From Candidatus Moraniibacteriota bacterium (GTDB taxonomy: Bacteria; Patescibacteriota; Minisyncoccia; Moranbacterales; UBA2206), in assembly GCA_030679985.1 (NCBI GenBank), contig JAUXSI010000026.1, forward strand, positions 1 through 53,006: a stretch of 53,006 nucleotides of DNA, written 5' to 3'. Position numbers and translations under genes: made by a program. The notes under the pieces are model-generated. The model worked only from the letters and a program-made list of their open reading frames with translations. It was not told the DNA's origin and did not search any database. This document shows, piece by piece, positions 1-9,807 of the stretch; positions within the stretch are counted from its first letter, which is position 1; each line of letters opens with the position of its first letter.

Positions 1-3000
1 GTTTCCCATATCTGGTTTTTGCGCGGAGTGCCTTCAAAAATCGGATTGGCCTTGGGAATGAGTCCGCAGGAGTTGGAGAAGGTCATTTATTTTTCCAACT
101 ACATCATCCTGAGCGTGGACGAAGAGGCGCGGGAAAAAGCCCTAGCCCAATTGGAACAGGAATTCAAAGCCAAGCAGAAAGAAATCGCCAAGCTTGATGG
201 CAACGCGAAAGAAAACAAAACGGAAGAATTGAAAGGCGTTTATCGCACTGCCAAAGAAGAGCTTAAGGGATTGCAACGGTTCCAGATCATTTCCGAAGTC
301 GAATATTTCAACCTATCAACCCGGTACGGCCAGGTTTTTTCAGCGAGCATCGGAGCGGAAGCGATCAGAAGAATCTTGGAAAATCTGGATATGAAAGCGG
401 AGATCGAGCTGCTGAAAAAGGATTTGGCCAATGATGAAATCGTCGATAAGAAAAAAATTCTCAAGAGGATCAAGTTGTTCCAAGGATTCATCAATGCCGA
501 ACTCAGATTGGAATGGATGTTGCCGACGGTCATCCCCGTCATCCCGCCGGATTTGCGGCCGATGGTGGCGCTGGACGGAGGCCGGTTCGCGACTTCGGAC
601 TTGAACGACCTATATCGCCGGATTATCAATCGAAACAACCGTTTGCGGAAATTGATCGAGATCGGCGCGCCGGAAGTAATCACTAGGAATGAAAAGAGGA
701 TGTTGCAGGAAGCGGTGGACGCCTTGTTTGACAACAGCGCGCGCCGCGGCCAGGTCAGTGTGACGGCTTCAACCGGACAACGGAGAGCTTTGCGGTCTTT
801 AGCGGATACGCTAAAAGGAAAACAGGGTCGTTTCAGGCAGAATTTACTGGGGAAACGCGTGGATTATTCCGGCCGTTCGGTAATCGTGGTCGGTCCGAAA
901 TTGAAATTGCACCAGTGCGGACTACCTAAGAAGATGGCCTTGGAACTTTTCAAGCCGTTCATCATCAACAAACTTATCGAAAGGGAATTGGCTTACAATG
1001 TCCGCAGCGCGGGTAAGATGGTGGAGAGCGAAAGCGAAGAGGCATATGAAATTTTGGACGAGATTATCTCGCACCACTATGTGATGTTGAACCGCGCTCC
1101 GACCTTGCACAGGCTTTCAATCCAAGCTTTCCAGCCTGTTTTGATCGAGGGTAAGGCTATCCAGCTGCACCCGATGGTTTGTTCGGCTTTTAATGCTGAC
1201 TTTGATGGCGATCAGATGGCGGTGCATGTTCCGCTGACGGACAAAGCCAGATGGGAAAGTGAAAACTTGATGCTTTCCAAACGGAACCTGCTGAAACCGG
1301 CGAGCGGTGAACCGATTATTTCGCCGACCTTGGATATGGTGTTGGGATGTTATTATATTACGCATATCCTGAAGGGCGCCAAAGGTGAAGGCCGGGCCTT
1401 CTCAAGTTTCGATGAGGCGATTATGGCGTATGAGTTGGGACAGGTGGATGTGCGGGCGGCTATCAAGGTTTTGTATGACGGCCAGATATTGGAAACTTCC
1501 GTGGGTAGGATCAAATTGAATGAAATCATTCCGGACGGAATCGAATACGTCAATTATGAGATGACCAAAAAGGAGCTGAAAATGCTCGTGGCAAAGGTTC
1601 TGGAGGTTTGCGGGGCGGAGGAAACGGCGTTGTTCGCTGATGAAATCAAGAATCTCGGATTCGCTTCGGTCACCAAATCCGGAATTTCCTGGGGTATGGA
1701 TGATTTGACTGTTCCTGCGTCAAAGAAGGATATTATGAAAGATGCCGAGGCGGCAGTCGAAGTCATCAAACAGCAGTTCAATATGGGTCTCTTGACGGAA
1801 AGTGAGAGAAAGGGCCAAGTCATCGAAATTTGGAATAACGCCAAAAATAAGATTACGGATGCGGTGCGTGCCGGATTCGACAAGGAAGGCCCAGTATATT
1901 CGATGGTCTATTCCAAGGCCCGGGGTTCTGAATCCGTAGTGGTCCAGATGTCCGGTATGAAAGGTTTGATGGCTGGTCCGACCGGAGAAACTATCGAATT
2001 GCCGATTAAAAGTTGTTTCAAGGAGGGCTTGAACGTATTGGAATATTTCATTTCCACCCATGGCGCCAGAAAGGGTATGGCTGATACCGCCCTTAGGACC
2101 GCGACGGCCGGGTATCTGACCCGAAGATTGGTGGATGTTTCGCAAGATATCATAATCCGCGAGGAGGATTGCAAGGATACTGCCGGTTCGTATTTGTATA
2201 AGGAAGACTCGGATAGGATCGGCCAGAGCTTCGCGACACGGGTCATCGGAAGGGTCGTCATAGACGACATTGCCGATCCGAAGACCGGGGAAATCATCGT
2301 TGAAGCGGGAGCGCTCATCAACAAGAAACAAGGTGAGATGATTGAAAAGGCCAATATCGCCCAAATTAAGATCAGATCCTTGGTGACCTGCAAGACTCCG
2401 CGCGGAGTTTGCCAGAAGTGTTACGGACTTGATCTTGGACGGGGACATCTGGTCCAATTGGGACAGGCAGTCGGAATCGTAGCGGCGCAAGCGATCGGAG
2501 AGCCTGGAACCCAGCTGACGATGCGTACTTTCCACGTCGGAGGCGTGGCCGGAACTGACATCACCCAGGGTCTGCCGCGTGTGGAAGAAATTTTCGAAGC
2601 ACGGCCTCCGAAGGGTGAGGCGGTCATTTCCGAAGTCGACGGCAAGGTGGCGGAAATATCGACCGGTGATAAGACAATCAGTATCAAGATCGAAATGGAG
2701 GGTAAAACCAAGACTGTTAAGGAATATGAAATTCCGTTGGGCAGCACGGTCAAGGTCGCGCAAGGCGATTTGATCGGCAAGGGATCGAAGCTTTCCGAGG
2801 GAAATATCGACCTGAAGAAACTCTATAAGACTATGGGTTGGGAGGCGGTGCACAGGTATATCGTCAAAGAAATCCAGGAAATCTATGCTTCCCAGGGTGA
2901 AGGTATCAATGACAAGCATATTGAAGTCATCATCAAGCAGATGTTCAGCCGGTTGCAGATCATCGAATCCGGCTCGACCAGCTTGATGGGCGGAGACATC

Positions 3001-3267
3001 ATTGAGAAAGACCAATTCAGGGAAGTGAATGTGATTGCCAAGGCGAATGGCGGCGAGCAAGCGACCGGCGAAGAGCTTTTGATGGGAATCACCAAAGTGG
3101 CGCTCTCGACCGAAAGTTTCTTATCAGCGGCTTCCTTCCAGGAAACCGCCCGTGTCCTTATCAATGCGGCGGTCGAAGGCAAAGTCGATCATCTGCGAGG
3201 ACTCAAGGAAAATGTCATCATCGGAAAATTGATTCCAGCCGGAACCGGGTATAGGGAGGCGAAATAA
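1..3267 (+). CDS. rpoC: DNA-directed RNA polymerase subunit beta' (N-terminus lies upstream of the window)
   Basis: Frame 1 is open from nt 1 (VSHIWFLRGVPSKIG...), so the listed start at 19 is not a real start. Catalytic NADFDGDQMAVH motif and C-terminal GKLIPAGTGY. TAA at 3265-3267. Confidence 0.97.
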   Translation, partial: VSHIWFLRGVPSKIGLALGMSPQELEKVIYFSNYIILSVDEEAREKALAQLEQEFKAKQKEIAKLDGNAKENKTEELKGVYRTAKEELKGLQRFQIISEVEYFNLSTRYGQVFSASIGAEAIRRILENLDMKAEIELLKKDLANDEIVDKKKILKRIKLFQGFINAELRLEWMLPTVIPVIPPDLRPMVALDGGRFATSDLNDLYRRIINRNNRLRKLIEIGAPEVITRNEKRMLQEAVDALFDNSARRGQVSVTASTGQRRALRSLADTLKGKQGRFRQNLLGKRVDYSGRSVIVVGPKLKLHQCGLPKKMALELFKPFIINKLIERELAYNVRSAGKMVESESEEAYEILDEIISHHYVMLNRAPTLHRLSIQAFQPVLIEGKAIQLHPMVCSAFNADFDGDQMAVHVPLTDKARWESENLMLSKRNLLKPASGEPIISPTLDMVLGCYYITHILKGAKGEGRAFSSFDEAIMAYELGQVDVRAAIKVLYDGQILETSVGRIKLNEIIPDGIEYVNYEMTKKELKMLVAKVLEVCGAEETALFADEIKNLGFASVTKSGISWGMDDLTVPASKKDIMKDAEAAVEVIKQQFNMGLLTESERKGQVIEIWNNAKNKITDAVRAGFDKEGPVYSMVYSKARGSESVVVQMSGMKGLMAGPTGETIELPIKSCFKEGLNVLEYFISTHGARKGMADTALRTATAGYLTRRLVDVSQDIIIREEDCKDTAGSYLYKEDSDRIGQSFATRVIGRVVIDDIADPKTGEIIVEAGALINKKQGEMIEKANIAQIKIRSLVTCKTPRGVCQKCYGLDLGRGHLVQLGQAVGIVAAQAIGEPGTQLTMRTFHVGGVAGTDITQGLPRVEEIFEARPPKGEAVISEVDGKVAEISTGDKTISIKIEMEGKTKTVKEYEIPLGSTVKVAQGDLIGKGSKLSEGNIDLKKLYKTMGWEAVHRYIVKEIQEIYASQGEGINDKHIEVIIKQMFSRLQIIESGSTSLMGGDIIEKDQFREVNVIAKANGGEQATGEELLMGITKVALSTESFLSAASFQETARVLINAAVEGKVDHLRGLKENVIIGKLIPAGTGYREAK

Positions 3268-3280
3268 TTTTCAGATATCA

Positions 3281-3314
3281 ACATAAAACCGCTCAGGAAT
3301 GGGCGGTTTTATGT
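3281..3314 (+). terminator. hairpin terminator after rpoC
   Basis: ACATAAAACCGC (3281-3292) pairs with GCGGTTTTATGT (3303-3314). Confidence 0.6.
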
Positions 3315-3342
3315 TGACAAATTTCTTATTTCGTGCTATGCT
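3314..3342 (+). promoter_or_regulatory. sigma70-like promoter TTGACA-N17-TATGCT
   Basis: TTGACA at 3314-3319, 17-nt spacer, TATGCT at 3337-3342. Drives the ~160-nt leader of the 3506 gene. Confidence 0.55.
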
Positions 3343-3379
3343 CGCATATTGATCCTTGAAAATTGAATTGTTCAAAATT

Positions 3380-3442
3380 CTACGAAACAGCGAAAAGGCG
3401 GTTATTTTTGTTTAGTTTAGGCGTTTTTTGGTTGTTTCGTAG
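3380..3442 (+). promoter_or_regulatory. leader stem with TACGAA-family arms
   Basis: CTACGAAACA (3380-3389) is the reverse complement of TGTTTCGTAG (3433-3442). Confidence 0.55.
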
Positions 3443-3456
3443 TAAAATAAACCGAG

Positions 3457-3476
3457 TCGCTGGAAGAGTCCAGCGA
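3457..3476 (+). promoter_or_regulatory. leader hairpin just upstream of the RBS
   Basis: TCGCTGGA agag TCCAGCGA. Confidence 0.5.
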
Positions 3477-3505
3477 TCCAAATCAATTATTTCGGGAGAA
3501 AGAAC

Positions 3506-4084
3506 ATGAAGATGACAACTAAACTCGTAGTGGTGATGGTAGCAGTGTTTTTAGGTATTGGAATTGCATTCGCAGGTGATGAATATAATGCGAACACAAA
3601 TATCTTTATATCTCCAAGTGCCGAGAACGCCATAGGCGGTGGCCCTTCTAATATTACTGAGAGTATCATAAATAACGATGGCTTGGAGGTTATAAACGTA
3701 GCCAGTAATGGCGACAAAAAACCGCCAGTTGTAAACAGTTTAAAGATCGAACCTGGAACAATAGATTCGACGGATAGCGATCAGGAGTTGACGCTGACGG
3801 TTGCCATAGAAGATGTTTCTGGTGTATGTGTATCGGGGAATTGCGGTGATTACAACGGCAGTCCCACACAGCTTGCTTTAAAAAATATCGATTCAGATCA
3901 AGTTGCAACTTTCTATGAATTCAAATTGGTCTTTGGAGATTCCAATGATGGAATTTATAGCTCAAAAGTTACAATTAAGAAAGGATCGGCGGCTGGCATA
4001 TGGCGTGTGGATAATATGCTCGTTGTCGATAAATTAGGCAACTATAAGTCTTTGGTTTATGAGGACTTTAAAAAGCAAAAATAA
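3506..4084 (+). CDS. secreted hypothetical protein
   Basis: GGGAG block a few nt upstream of the ATG. N-terminal MKMTTKLVVVMVAVFLGIGIAFA signal-like segment. AT-richer than neighbours by eye. Hairpin terminator follows. Confidence 0.75.
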   Translation: MKMTTKLVVVMVAVFLGIGIAFAGDEYNANTNIFISPSAENAIGGGPSNITESIINNDGLEVINVASNGDKKPPVVNSLKIEPGTIDSTDSDQELTLTVAIEDVSGVCVSGNCGDYNGSPTQLALKNIDSDQVATFYEFKLVFGDSNDGIYSSKVTIKKGSAAGIWRVDNMLVVDKLGNYKSLVYEDFKKQK

Positions 4085-4103
4085 CCTAAGCCCTTTGCAA
4101 AAG

Positions 4104-4139
4104 GCGGGTGATTGACTTGGTTCAATCACCCGCTTTTTT
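4104..4139 (+). terminator. intrinsic terminator
   Basis: GCGGGTGATTGA (4104-4115) pairs with TCAATCACCCGC (4122-4133), then TTTTTT. Confidence 0.8.
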
Positions 4140-4242
4140 AATTTTATAGATTCGGGGTATTTATCTGAAAACGACTCTTTTTCTAGACAGCTTTTTGTTT
4201 AAGTAAAAACGTGTTAAAATAGAGAAGTTATAAAGATTACTT

Positions 4243-6651
4243 ATGGGGAGGCCGAAAGGGTCAAAAAATAAGAAACGTATCGAGGATGAGGGCGAGGAAT
4301 CCGGAAAAGCAAGCAGCCGGCTCGAATTCGATATAGCAGGAGATGCCAAAAGGAGCGTTGTGGCTGTTTTTTTGTTCGCGCTGTCCGTAGTGATTTTGCT
4401 GGGATTTTTCGGCCAGGGCGGTATCGTGGGGGAATCGCTGGGCAATGCTACGGCCGTATCGATCGGCTGGGCCAAATGGGTTTTTCCGTTCTTCTTGATC
4501 GTAGCCAGTGTCATATTATTGTTGCGCAAAGAAACTTCTTTTTATATCACTAAGTTGATCGGTTTGGTCTTGACGTTCGTCAGCTTGACCGGGTTTTTCC
4601 ATTGGTTTACTGATGCGGACAAAATGGAAAAAGCGGCCGATGCCGGATCGGGCGGCGGATATCTGGGTTATGCGGTGGCTTACGCAGCTGTCAAATTCAT
4701 GGGCGTGGCGGGCGGGCTAGTCGCGATAATCTCGTTACTTCTGATCGGCATTATCGTTGCTTTCAATTTTTCCATAGTTCATTTCATAGATAGGATGCTA
4801 AGAAGGTCGAAATCAAGGGAGGCTGAAGATATGGAAAATATTCCGATCGAAGAAAGCGTTGATGTTGAAAATGAGGGTATTGACGGGTCCGATGGAAAGT
4901 GGGGGGATGACGAAGTGGAAACCATATCTGAAAAAAGAAGCAAGGAAGACGAGAATATCGGCAGGATCGAATTTGTGGAAGGGCCGGATCGTTATGTGGA
5001 TGAGAAACTTTTCACTGATCTTGCAGGTAATGTTTCCAGCGCGGAAAAAATACCGGTCAAAAACAATAAAAGCAAATCTAAAAAAAATGACTGGAAATTG
5101 CCGCCAGCTGATTTGCTGGAAAAAAATTTGGGGGGGATGGAGAGCGGCGATACGGAAAAAAACGCGGAAATAATTGAAAAAACATTCAAATCTTTCGGTA
5201 TAGATGTCGAACGGGGCGATATTCAGATCGGACCGGCAGTCACCCAATACAGTTTCAAGCCGGCGGTCGGAATCAAAATTTCCAAGATATTGGAATTGAA
5301 CAATAATTTAGCGATGGCTCTGGCCAAACATCCGATTCGTATCGAGGCGCCCATACCCGGTAAATCATTGGTCGGCATCGAGGTTCCGAATGATGTTCCG
5401 GCGAAAGTCAGGCTGAGGAATTTGATCGAGAGTCCGTATTTTAAAATGAAATCGAAAGAGTCAAAGCTTACGTTGGCGTTAGGCGAGGATGTCAGTGGCG
5501 AATATATACTTTCCGATTTGGGCAAGATGCCCCATTTGCTTATCGCCGGATCCACTGGGACGGGAAAATCGGTTTGCGTTAATTCCATAGTTACGACTTT
5601 GTTGTATCAAAATTCCCCGGAAGATTTGAAATTCATCATGGTCGATCCGAAACGCGTAGAGCTTTCCATGTATAGTGGCATTCCTCATTTGCTATCCCCG
5701 GTTATTACGGAAAATAGCAAGGTGGTTAACGCCTTGAAATGGGTGGTGAGTGAGATGGAAAGAAGATATCGTTTATTGCAGGATATGAAATCGCAAAACA
5801 TCGACTCATATCATGACAAGCTAGCTAAGGGTGAAAAAAGAAAATACACAGATCCGGATTCCAAGAATGTGATTGAGGAGCCTATGGAAAAACTGCCCTA
5901 TATCGTCGTGGTCATTGATGAGTTGGCTGAATTGATGATGAGCCATGGCAAGGAAGTTGAGGGAGCCATAGTGCGCGTCGCTCAATTGGCTAGGGCTGTG
6001 GGAATACATTTGATCGTTTCGACGCAACGTCCGGAAGTCAAAATAATCACTGGATTGATTAAGGCCAATATCAACGCGCGGATCGCTCTTAAGGTCAATA
6101 CGCAAGTCGATTCAAGGACGATTTTAGATATGGCTGGAGCGGAGAAACTTTTGGGCAGAGGCGATATGCTTTTTTTGTCAGCGGATTCCCCGAAGACGAA
6201 GCGTATCCAGGGTATATTCCTAAGCGAAGCGGAAGTTAAAAAGGTGGTCAAATTCATCAAAGACCAATATGAAGCCGGGAAGGAAAAACACGGGGAAAAA
6301 ATAGACGAAGGTAATGAAATCGGAATTGCGGAAAGTCCCGACTCGCTGTCCTTCGGCAATGCGGCGCCGCTCAATCTCGACGTCGCGACAGGAGGAGATA
6401 GCGAGGATGATTTGTATGAAGCGGCCAAAGCGGAAGTTGAGAGGGCGGGCAAGGCTTCGGCGTCGCTTTTGCAAAGAAGGTTGCGGGTAGGTTACGCGCG
6501 CGCGGCCAGACTGCTGGATATTTTGGAAGACAAAGGTATCGTCGGTCCGGCGGACGGAGCCAAGCCGCGAGAAGTATATACGGCTGAAAACAAGCCTCAT
6601 TTTGAGGACGCGGATATTGACCAATCCGAAAGGGATAAATGGCAGTTGTAG
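4243..6651 (+). CDS. ftsK: DNA translocase FtsK/SpoIIIE
   Basis: N-terminal TM helices, acidic linker, Walker A GSTGTGKSV and Walker B VVVIDELAELM. C-terminal gamma winged-helix (ASASLLQRRLRVGYARAARLLDILEDKGIVGP). Confidence 0.95.
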   Translation: MGRPKGSKNKKRIEDEGEESGKASSRLEFDIAGDAKRSVVAVFLFALSVVILLGFFGQGGIVGESLGNATAVSIGWAKWVFPFFLIVASVILLLRKETSFYITKLIGLVLTFVSLTGFFHWFTDADKMEKAADAGSGGGYLGYAVAYAAVKFMGVAGGLVAIISLLLIGIIVAFNFSIVHFIDRMLRRSKSREAEDMENIPIEESVDVENEGIDGSDGKWGDDEVETISEKRSKEDENIGRIEFVEGPDRYVDEKLFTDLAGNVSSAEKIPVKNNKSKSKKNDWKLPPADLLEKNLGGMESGDTEKNAEIIEKTFKSFGIDVERGDIQIGPAVTQYSFKPAVGIKISKILELNNNLAMALAKHPIRIEAPIPGKSLVGIEVPNDVPAKVRLRNLIESPYFKMKSKESKLTLALGEDVSGEYILSDLGKMPHLLIAGSTGTGKSVCVNSIVTTLLYQNSPEDLKFIMVDPKRVELSMYSGIPHLLSPVITENSKVVNALKWVVSEMERRYRLLQDMKSQNIDSYHDKLAKGEKRKYTDPDSKNVIEEPMEKLPYIVVVIDELAELMMSHGKEVEGAIVRVAQLARAVGIHLIVSTQRPEVKIITGLIKANINARIALKVNTQVDSRTILDMAGAEKLLGRGDMLFLSADSPKTKRIQGIFLSEAEVKKVVKFIKDQYEAGKEKHGEKIDEGNEIGIAESPDSLSFGNAAPLNLDVATGGDSEDDLYEAAKAEVERAGKASASLLQRRLRVGYARAARLLDILEDKGIVGPADGAKPREVYTAENKPHFEDADIDQSERDKWQL

Positions 6652-6777
6652 CAGGAGCAGGCTGCCGTACGGCGAGCGTTAAAAGAAAATAAAAAAACAA
6701 TCAAATCCGAAAGCCATCCGGTTCTTGCAATCAAGAAATATTCGCGGATGCCAACTTTTGGATTTTTACTTTAATTT

Positions 6778-7770
6778 ATGCGGGGAGGTTTTGTCAAAAA
6801 AAGTGTGCGTACGTTGACCTTGGGTGAAAAACTTGGGAATCTTCGCAGTGAAAGAAGAATCAGTTTGAATGAGGTTTCGCGAAGTACCCGGATCCAATTA
6901 AAATATCTGGAATATTTGGAAGCGGGAGATTATAGGAGATTGCCGGCGGATGTCTATGTCAAAGGTTTCTTGCGCGGCTACGCCGAATTTCTCGGAGTGG
7001 ATGAAAACATATTGATCCGTTTGTACGAAAAGGAAAAAGGCATCAAAAAAAACCTGGAAAAGGTCGCGGATAACGCATCTGAAAAAAGGGAACATATAAA
7101 TATGTCACCTTTTCTGATTACGCCGAAAATAATCGCGGTCGCTTTGGGCGCGCTGTTTGTTTTCGGCGGATTTCTTTATCTGTATAAGGAAATCGGCGCT
7201 TTCGCCAATACGCCCAAATTGGTGATTCTCAATCCCGGACAAAACGCGGTCGAAGACGGCAATTCGGTGGTCGTGGAGGGGGTTACGGACAAGGACGCCA
7301 AGGTTTTTATCAACAACCAGCCGATATTGGTTTCCGATGAAGGGCGGTTCAGCGAGAGTTTGGCCTTGCAATCTGGCGCCAATGCGATCAGCGTAAAGGC
7401 CGTCAACCGTTTTGATAAGACTAATGTCCAGGATGTAATCGTGCAGTCCAACTATAAAGCTGAACCGCTGGAAAATCCGGTTGAAAACAACCAGGAGGAT
7501 ATTCTGTCGGGACAAGACAAGGTGGCTGTTGATGTGCGGGTAGATCCAGGTCCGGTTTGGATCAGCGTGGAAGCGGATGGCAATCTGGTTTTCAGCGGGA
7601 CGATGCTGGCGGGTGCCGTGCAATCATTTTCAGCTGAAGATAAGATCGTGGTGAATTCTGGCAAGGCGAACGCGACCTATGTCAAATTTGGCGGCAAAGA
7701 TATCGGCGCTTTGGGTGAGGAGGCGGTCTCTATCCGCGGCGTCACGTTTACCCGGGATACGAAATATTAA
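6778..7770 (+). CDS. rodZ: RodZ-like HTH membrane protein
   Basis: N-terminal XRE-type HTH (LGEKLGNLRSERRISLNEVSRSTRIQLKYLEYLEAG...VYVKGFLRGYAEFLG). Single TM (IIAVALGALFVFGGFLYLY). C-terminal beta-rich domain ending like DUF4115. Confidence 0.75.
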   Translation: MRGGFVKKSVRTLTLGEKLGNLRSERRISLNEVSRSTRIQLKYLEYLEAGDYRRLPADVYVKGFLRGYAEFLGVDENILIRLYEKEKGIKKNLEKVADNASEKREHINMSPFLITPKIIAVALGALFVFGGFLYLYKEIGAFANTPKLVILNPGQNAVEDGNSVVVEGVTDKDAKVFINNQPILVSDEGRFSESLALQSGANAISVKAVNRFDKTNVQDVIVQSNYKAEPLENPVENNQEDILSGQDKVAVDVRVDPGPVWISVEADGNLVFSGTMLAGAVQSFSAEDKIVVNSGKANATYVKFGGKDIGALGEEAVSIRGVTFTRDTKY

Positions 7771-7808
7771 GAGGCATCGGGAGTGAAAAGTTATCCACAG
7801 GCCGTAGA

Positions 7809-7837
7809 TTGGCAAAGAATACGCTTAGTGATATAAT
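7809..7837 (+). promoter_or_regulatory. recA promoter TTGGCA-N17-TATAAT
   Basis: Hexamers at 7809-7814 and 7832-7837, with TG two nt upstream of the -10. Confidence 0.6.
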
Positions 7838-7841
7838 ATCA
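7829..7841. promoter_or_regulatory. 13-bp palindrome overlapping the recA -10
   Basis: TGATAT-A-ATATCA. Confidence 0.4.
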
Positions 7842-7888
7842 TCAAGGGATAGGGAGTATCCCGGATATAAATAATAAAATATAAAAAA

Positions 7889-8908
7889 ATGAAAGAGGAA
7901 AGCAAAAAAACAGGAGAAGCCAACAAGGCCGTGGATACGGTCGTGGATTCGATCAAGGAGAAATTCGGGGAGGGCATAATCATGAAATTGGGGGACGTGA
8001 AAAGGGTCGATATCGAAGCTATCCCGACCGGTTCGGTTTCATTGGACATCGCTTTGGGTATCGGAGGTATCCCGCGCGGCCGCGTGATTGAGATATATGG
8101 TCCTGAATCGTCCGGTAAAACAACGCTGACTTTGCACATCATCGCCAATGCGCAACGGGCTGGCGGCGTGGCGGCCTTTATTGACGCGGAACACGCGCTT
8201 GATCCGGAATACGCCAGAAAAATCGGCGTGAACATCAACGATCTGTTGATTTCGCAACCGGATAATGGCGAGCAAGCCTTGGATATCGTTGATGCCTTGG
8301 TGCTTTCCGGCGCGATCAGTGTGATCGTAGTGGACTCGGTGGCAGCCTTGGTGCCGAGAGCGGAAATCGAAGGCGATATGGGTGACCAGCATATGGGGCG
8401 GCAAGCGAGGCTGATGTCGCAAGCTTTGCGCAAGTTGACTTCGATCGTGGCCAAATCCAATTGCACCGTTATTTTCATCAACCAGATCCGGATGAAAATC
8501 GGGGTGGTATTCGGCAATCCAGAAACGACTACGGGCGGCAACGCTTTGAAATTCTATTCGTCCGTGCGGATCGAAGTGCGCAAGGCGGCGCAGATCAAAA
8601 AGGGCGAAGACATCGTGGGCAATCGCGTGAAGGTGAAGATCGTGAAAAACAAAGTGGCGCCGCCTTTTAAGGCGACGGAGTTTGATATCATGTATAACGA
8701 AGGGATCTCAGCTTCCGGCGATGCGCTCGACACCGCGGTGAAATACGAAGTGGTTGCCAAAAAAGGCAATTCATATGCATTCGGTGAGATTAAATTAGGA
8801 GTCGGACGTGAAGCGGCCAAGCAAGCCATCAAAGATGATCCGAAACTGATTAAGGAAATTACCAAGGAAATCAATAAAAAAATCAAGGAGCTTGAGGCGT
8901 TGGCATAA
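7889..8908 (+). CDS. recA: recombinase RecA
   Basis: [13 protein letters not shown] Walker [31 protein letters not shown]; full length. Confidence 0.98.
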   Translation: MKEESKKTGEANKAVDTVVDSIKEKFGEGIIMKLGDVKRVDIEAIPTGSVSLDIALGIGGIPRGRVIEIYGPESSGKTTLTLHIIANAQRAGGVAAFIDAEHALDPEYARKIGVNINDLLISQPDNGEQALDIVDALVLSGAISVIVVDSVAALVPRAEIEGDMGDQHMGRQARLMSQALRKLTSIVAKSNCTVIFINQIRMKIGVVFGNPETTTGGNALKFYSSVRIEVRKAAQIKKGEDIVGNRVKVKIVKNKVAPPFKATEFDIMYNEGISASGDALDTAVKYEVVAKKGNSYAFGEIKLGVGREAAKQAIKDDPKLIKEITKEINKKIKELEALA

Positions 8909-8937
8909 ACCAAAGCGGAGCGCGATACTGTTTCAGT

Positions 8938-8966
8938 TTGACTTTTGCTGCCGTATGGGGTATAAT
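8938..8966 (+). promoter_or_regulatory. promoter TTGACT-N17-TATAAT
   Basis: Near-consensus hexamers at 8938-8943 and 8961-8966, 30 nt after the recA stop. Confidence 0.65.
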
Positions 8967-8980
8967 GGGTATATAAGTAA

Positions 8981-9014
8981 AAAGACGGGTGAATTCCCGC
9001 CTTTTTCTTTTTTT
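8981..9014 (+). promoter_or_regulatory. CGGGTGA leader hairpin + U-tract (may also terminate recA)
   Basis: AAAGACGGG tgaatt CCCGCCTTT (one mismatch), followed by TTCTTTTTTT. Begins 14 nt after the -10. Confidence 0.5.
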
Positions 9015-9034
9015 AAATTCTTAATCAATTTTTT

Positions 9035-9790
9035 ATGGATATGGAAAAACAAAATAAAGTCGAGAATCTTGAACCCCCTAGAGATGTCGAAGGTGCTGTG
9101 GATGCCGGCCATAAAGAAAAAAGTTTGGCGGAAATCGGCGCTGCGAGGCGGGAGAGTGTTTTAAATAGCGGCAAAAATATGTTTAGCAGTCTGAAAAACA
9201 AATTTTCTGCTGGTAAGGAATGGCTGGCTAAAAAAATGTCCACTACGGTTGATTATGCTTTTGCAGCTCCGGAGGCGTATCAGAGAGGGAAGGATGCTAT
9301 CGGGGAGGTTTCCGGAAATATTAAAAATACTGTCGGAGAATCAATTGAAGATATAAAATCCGGAGCAAGCGAATTGAGATCGGAAGTCGGCGAGGAAATC
9401 GGCAAGGGCGTTGAATATGTGAAAGGCGGCGTTAGAAATGTCAAAGAAAAAGTGGTCGGCGGCGCCAAAGCTGTAGGTGAGGCCGGATTGGGATTGGGAG
9501 TGGCCGCGATGGAAGGAACAAGAAACAAAGTTAATGAAGTCGTAACATCCGCCGGGGAAAAATATAACGAATTGAAAGGCAGAGGGCAAGCGGCGTATGA
9601 AAATTTAAGAGGAAGTGTCAGAGGCGCTAAAAACAGATTTTCTGAATTCATAAATGCGGCGAAAGAGAAAAAATTAGACGAACAAATCTCCAAACAAGAG
9701 GGTAAAGCGTATGAGGCACGTATGGAAATAAGAAGATTGATGATGGAAAAAAATAAGATAGCCTCAATGCGGGCGGAATACGCGATATAA
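9035..9790 (+). CDS. hypothetical protein, helical Gly/Lys/Glu-rich repeats
   Basis: Long ORF behind promoter 8938-8966. Low-complexity amphipathic repeats (GEVSGNIKNTVGESIEDIKSGASELRSEVGEEIGKGVEYVKGG). No recognisable domain. Confidence 0.6.
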   Translation: MDMEKQNKVENLEPPRDVEGAVDAGHKEKSLAEIGAARRESVLNSGKNMFSSLKNKFSAGKEWLAKKMSTTVDYAFAAPEAYQRGKDAIGEVSGNIKNTVGESIEDIKSGASELRSEVGEEIGKGVEYVKGGVRNVKEKVVGGAKAVGEAGLGLGVAAMEGTRNKVNEVVTSAGEKYNELKGRGQAAYENLRGSVRGAKNRFSEFINAAKEKKLDEQISKQEGKAYEARMEIRRLMMEKNKIASMRAEYAI

Positions 9791-9807
9791 ATTTTAAAAA
9801 TAAAAAA

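Noticed and set aside
1720-3060. Long antisense ORFs opposite conserved genes. Examples are 1720-3060(-) in rpoC, 28471-29601(-) in the giant gene, 40102-41412(-) in uvrB, 43201-44220(-), 31407-32117(+) in rnj, 34215-34979(+) in manC and 36889-37587(+) in the solute-binding gene.
   Set aside because: They lie fully inside strongly supported genes on the other strand. Their composition is Arg/His/Phe/Asp-rich and low in complexity, with no motifs. This is typical of shadow ORFs.
7791-7799. Perfect DnaA-box consensus TTATCCACA upstream of recA, as a possible origin or DnaA regulation site.
   Set aside because: I saw only a single box in the window. There is no dnaA or dnaN, no AT-rich unwinding element and no box cluster. 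One 9-mer hit in 53 kb on two strands is compatible with chance.
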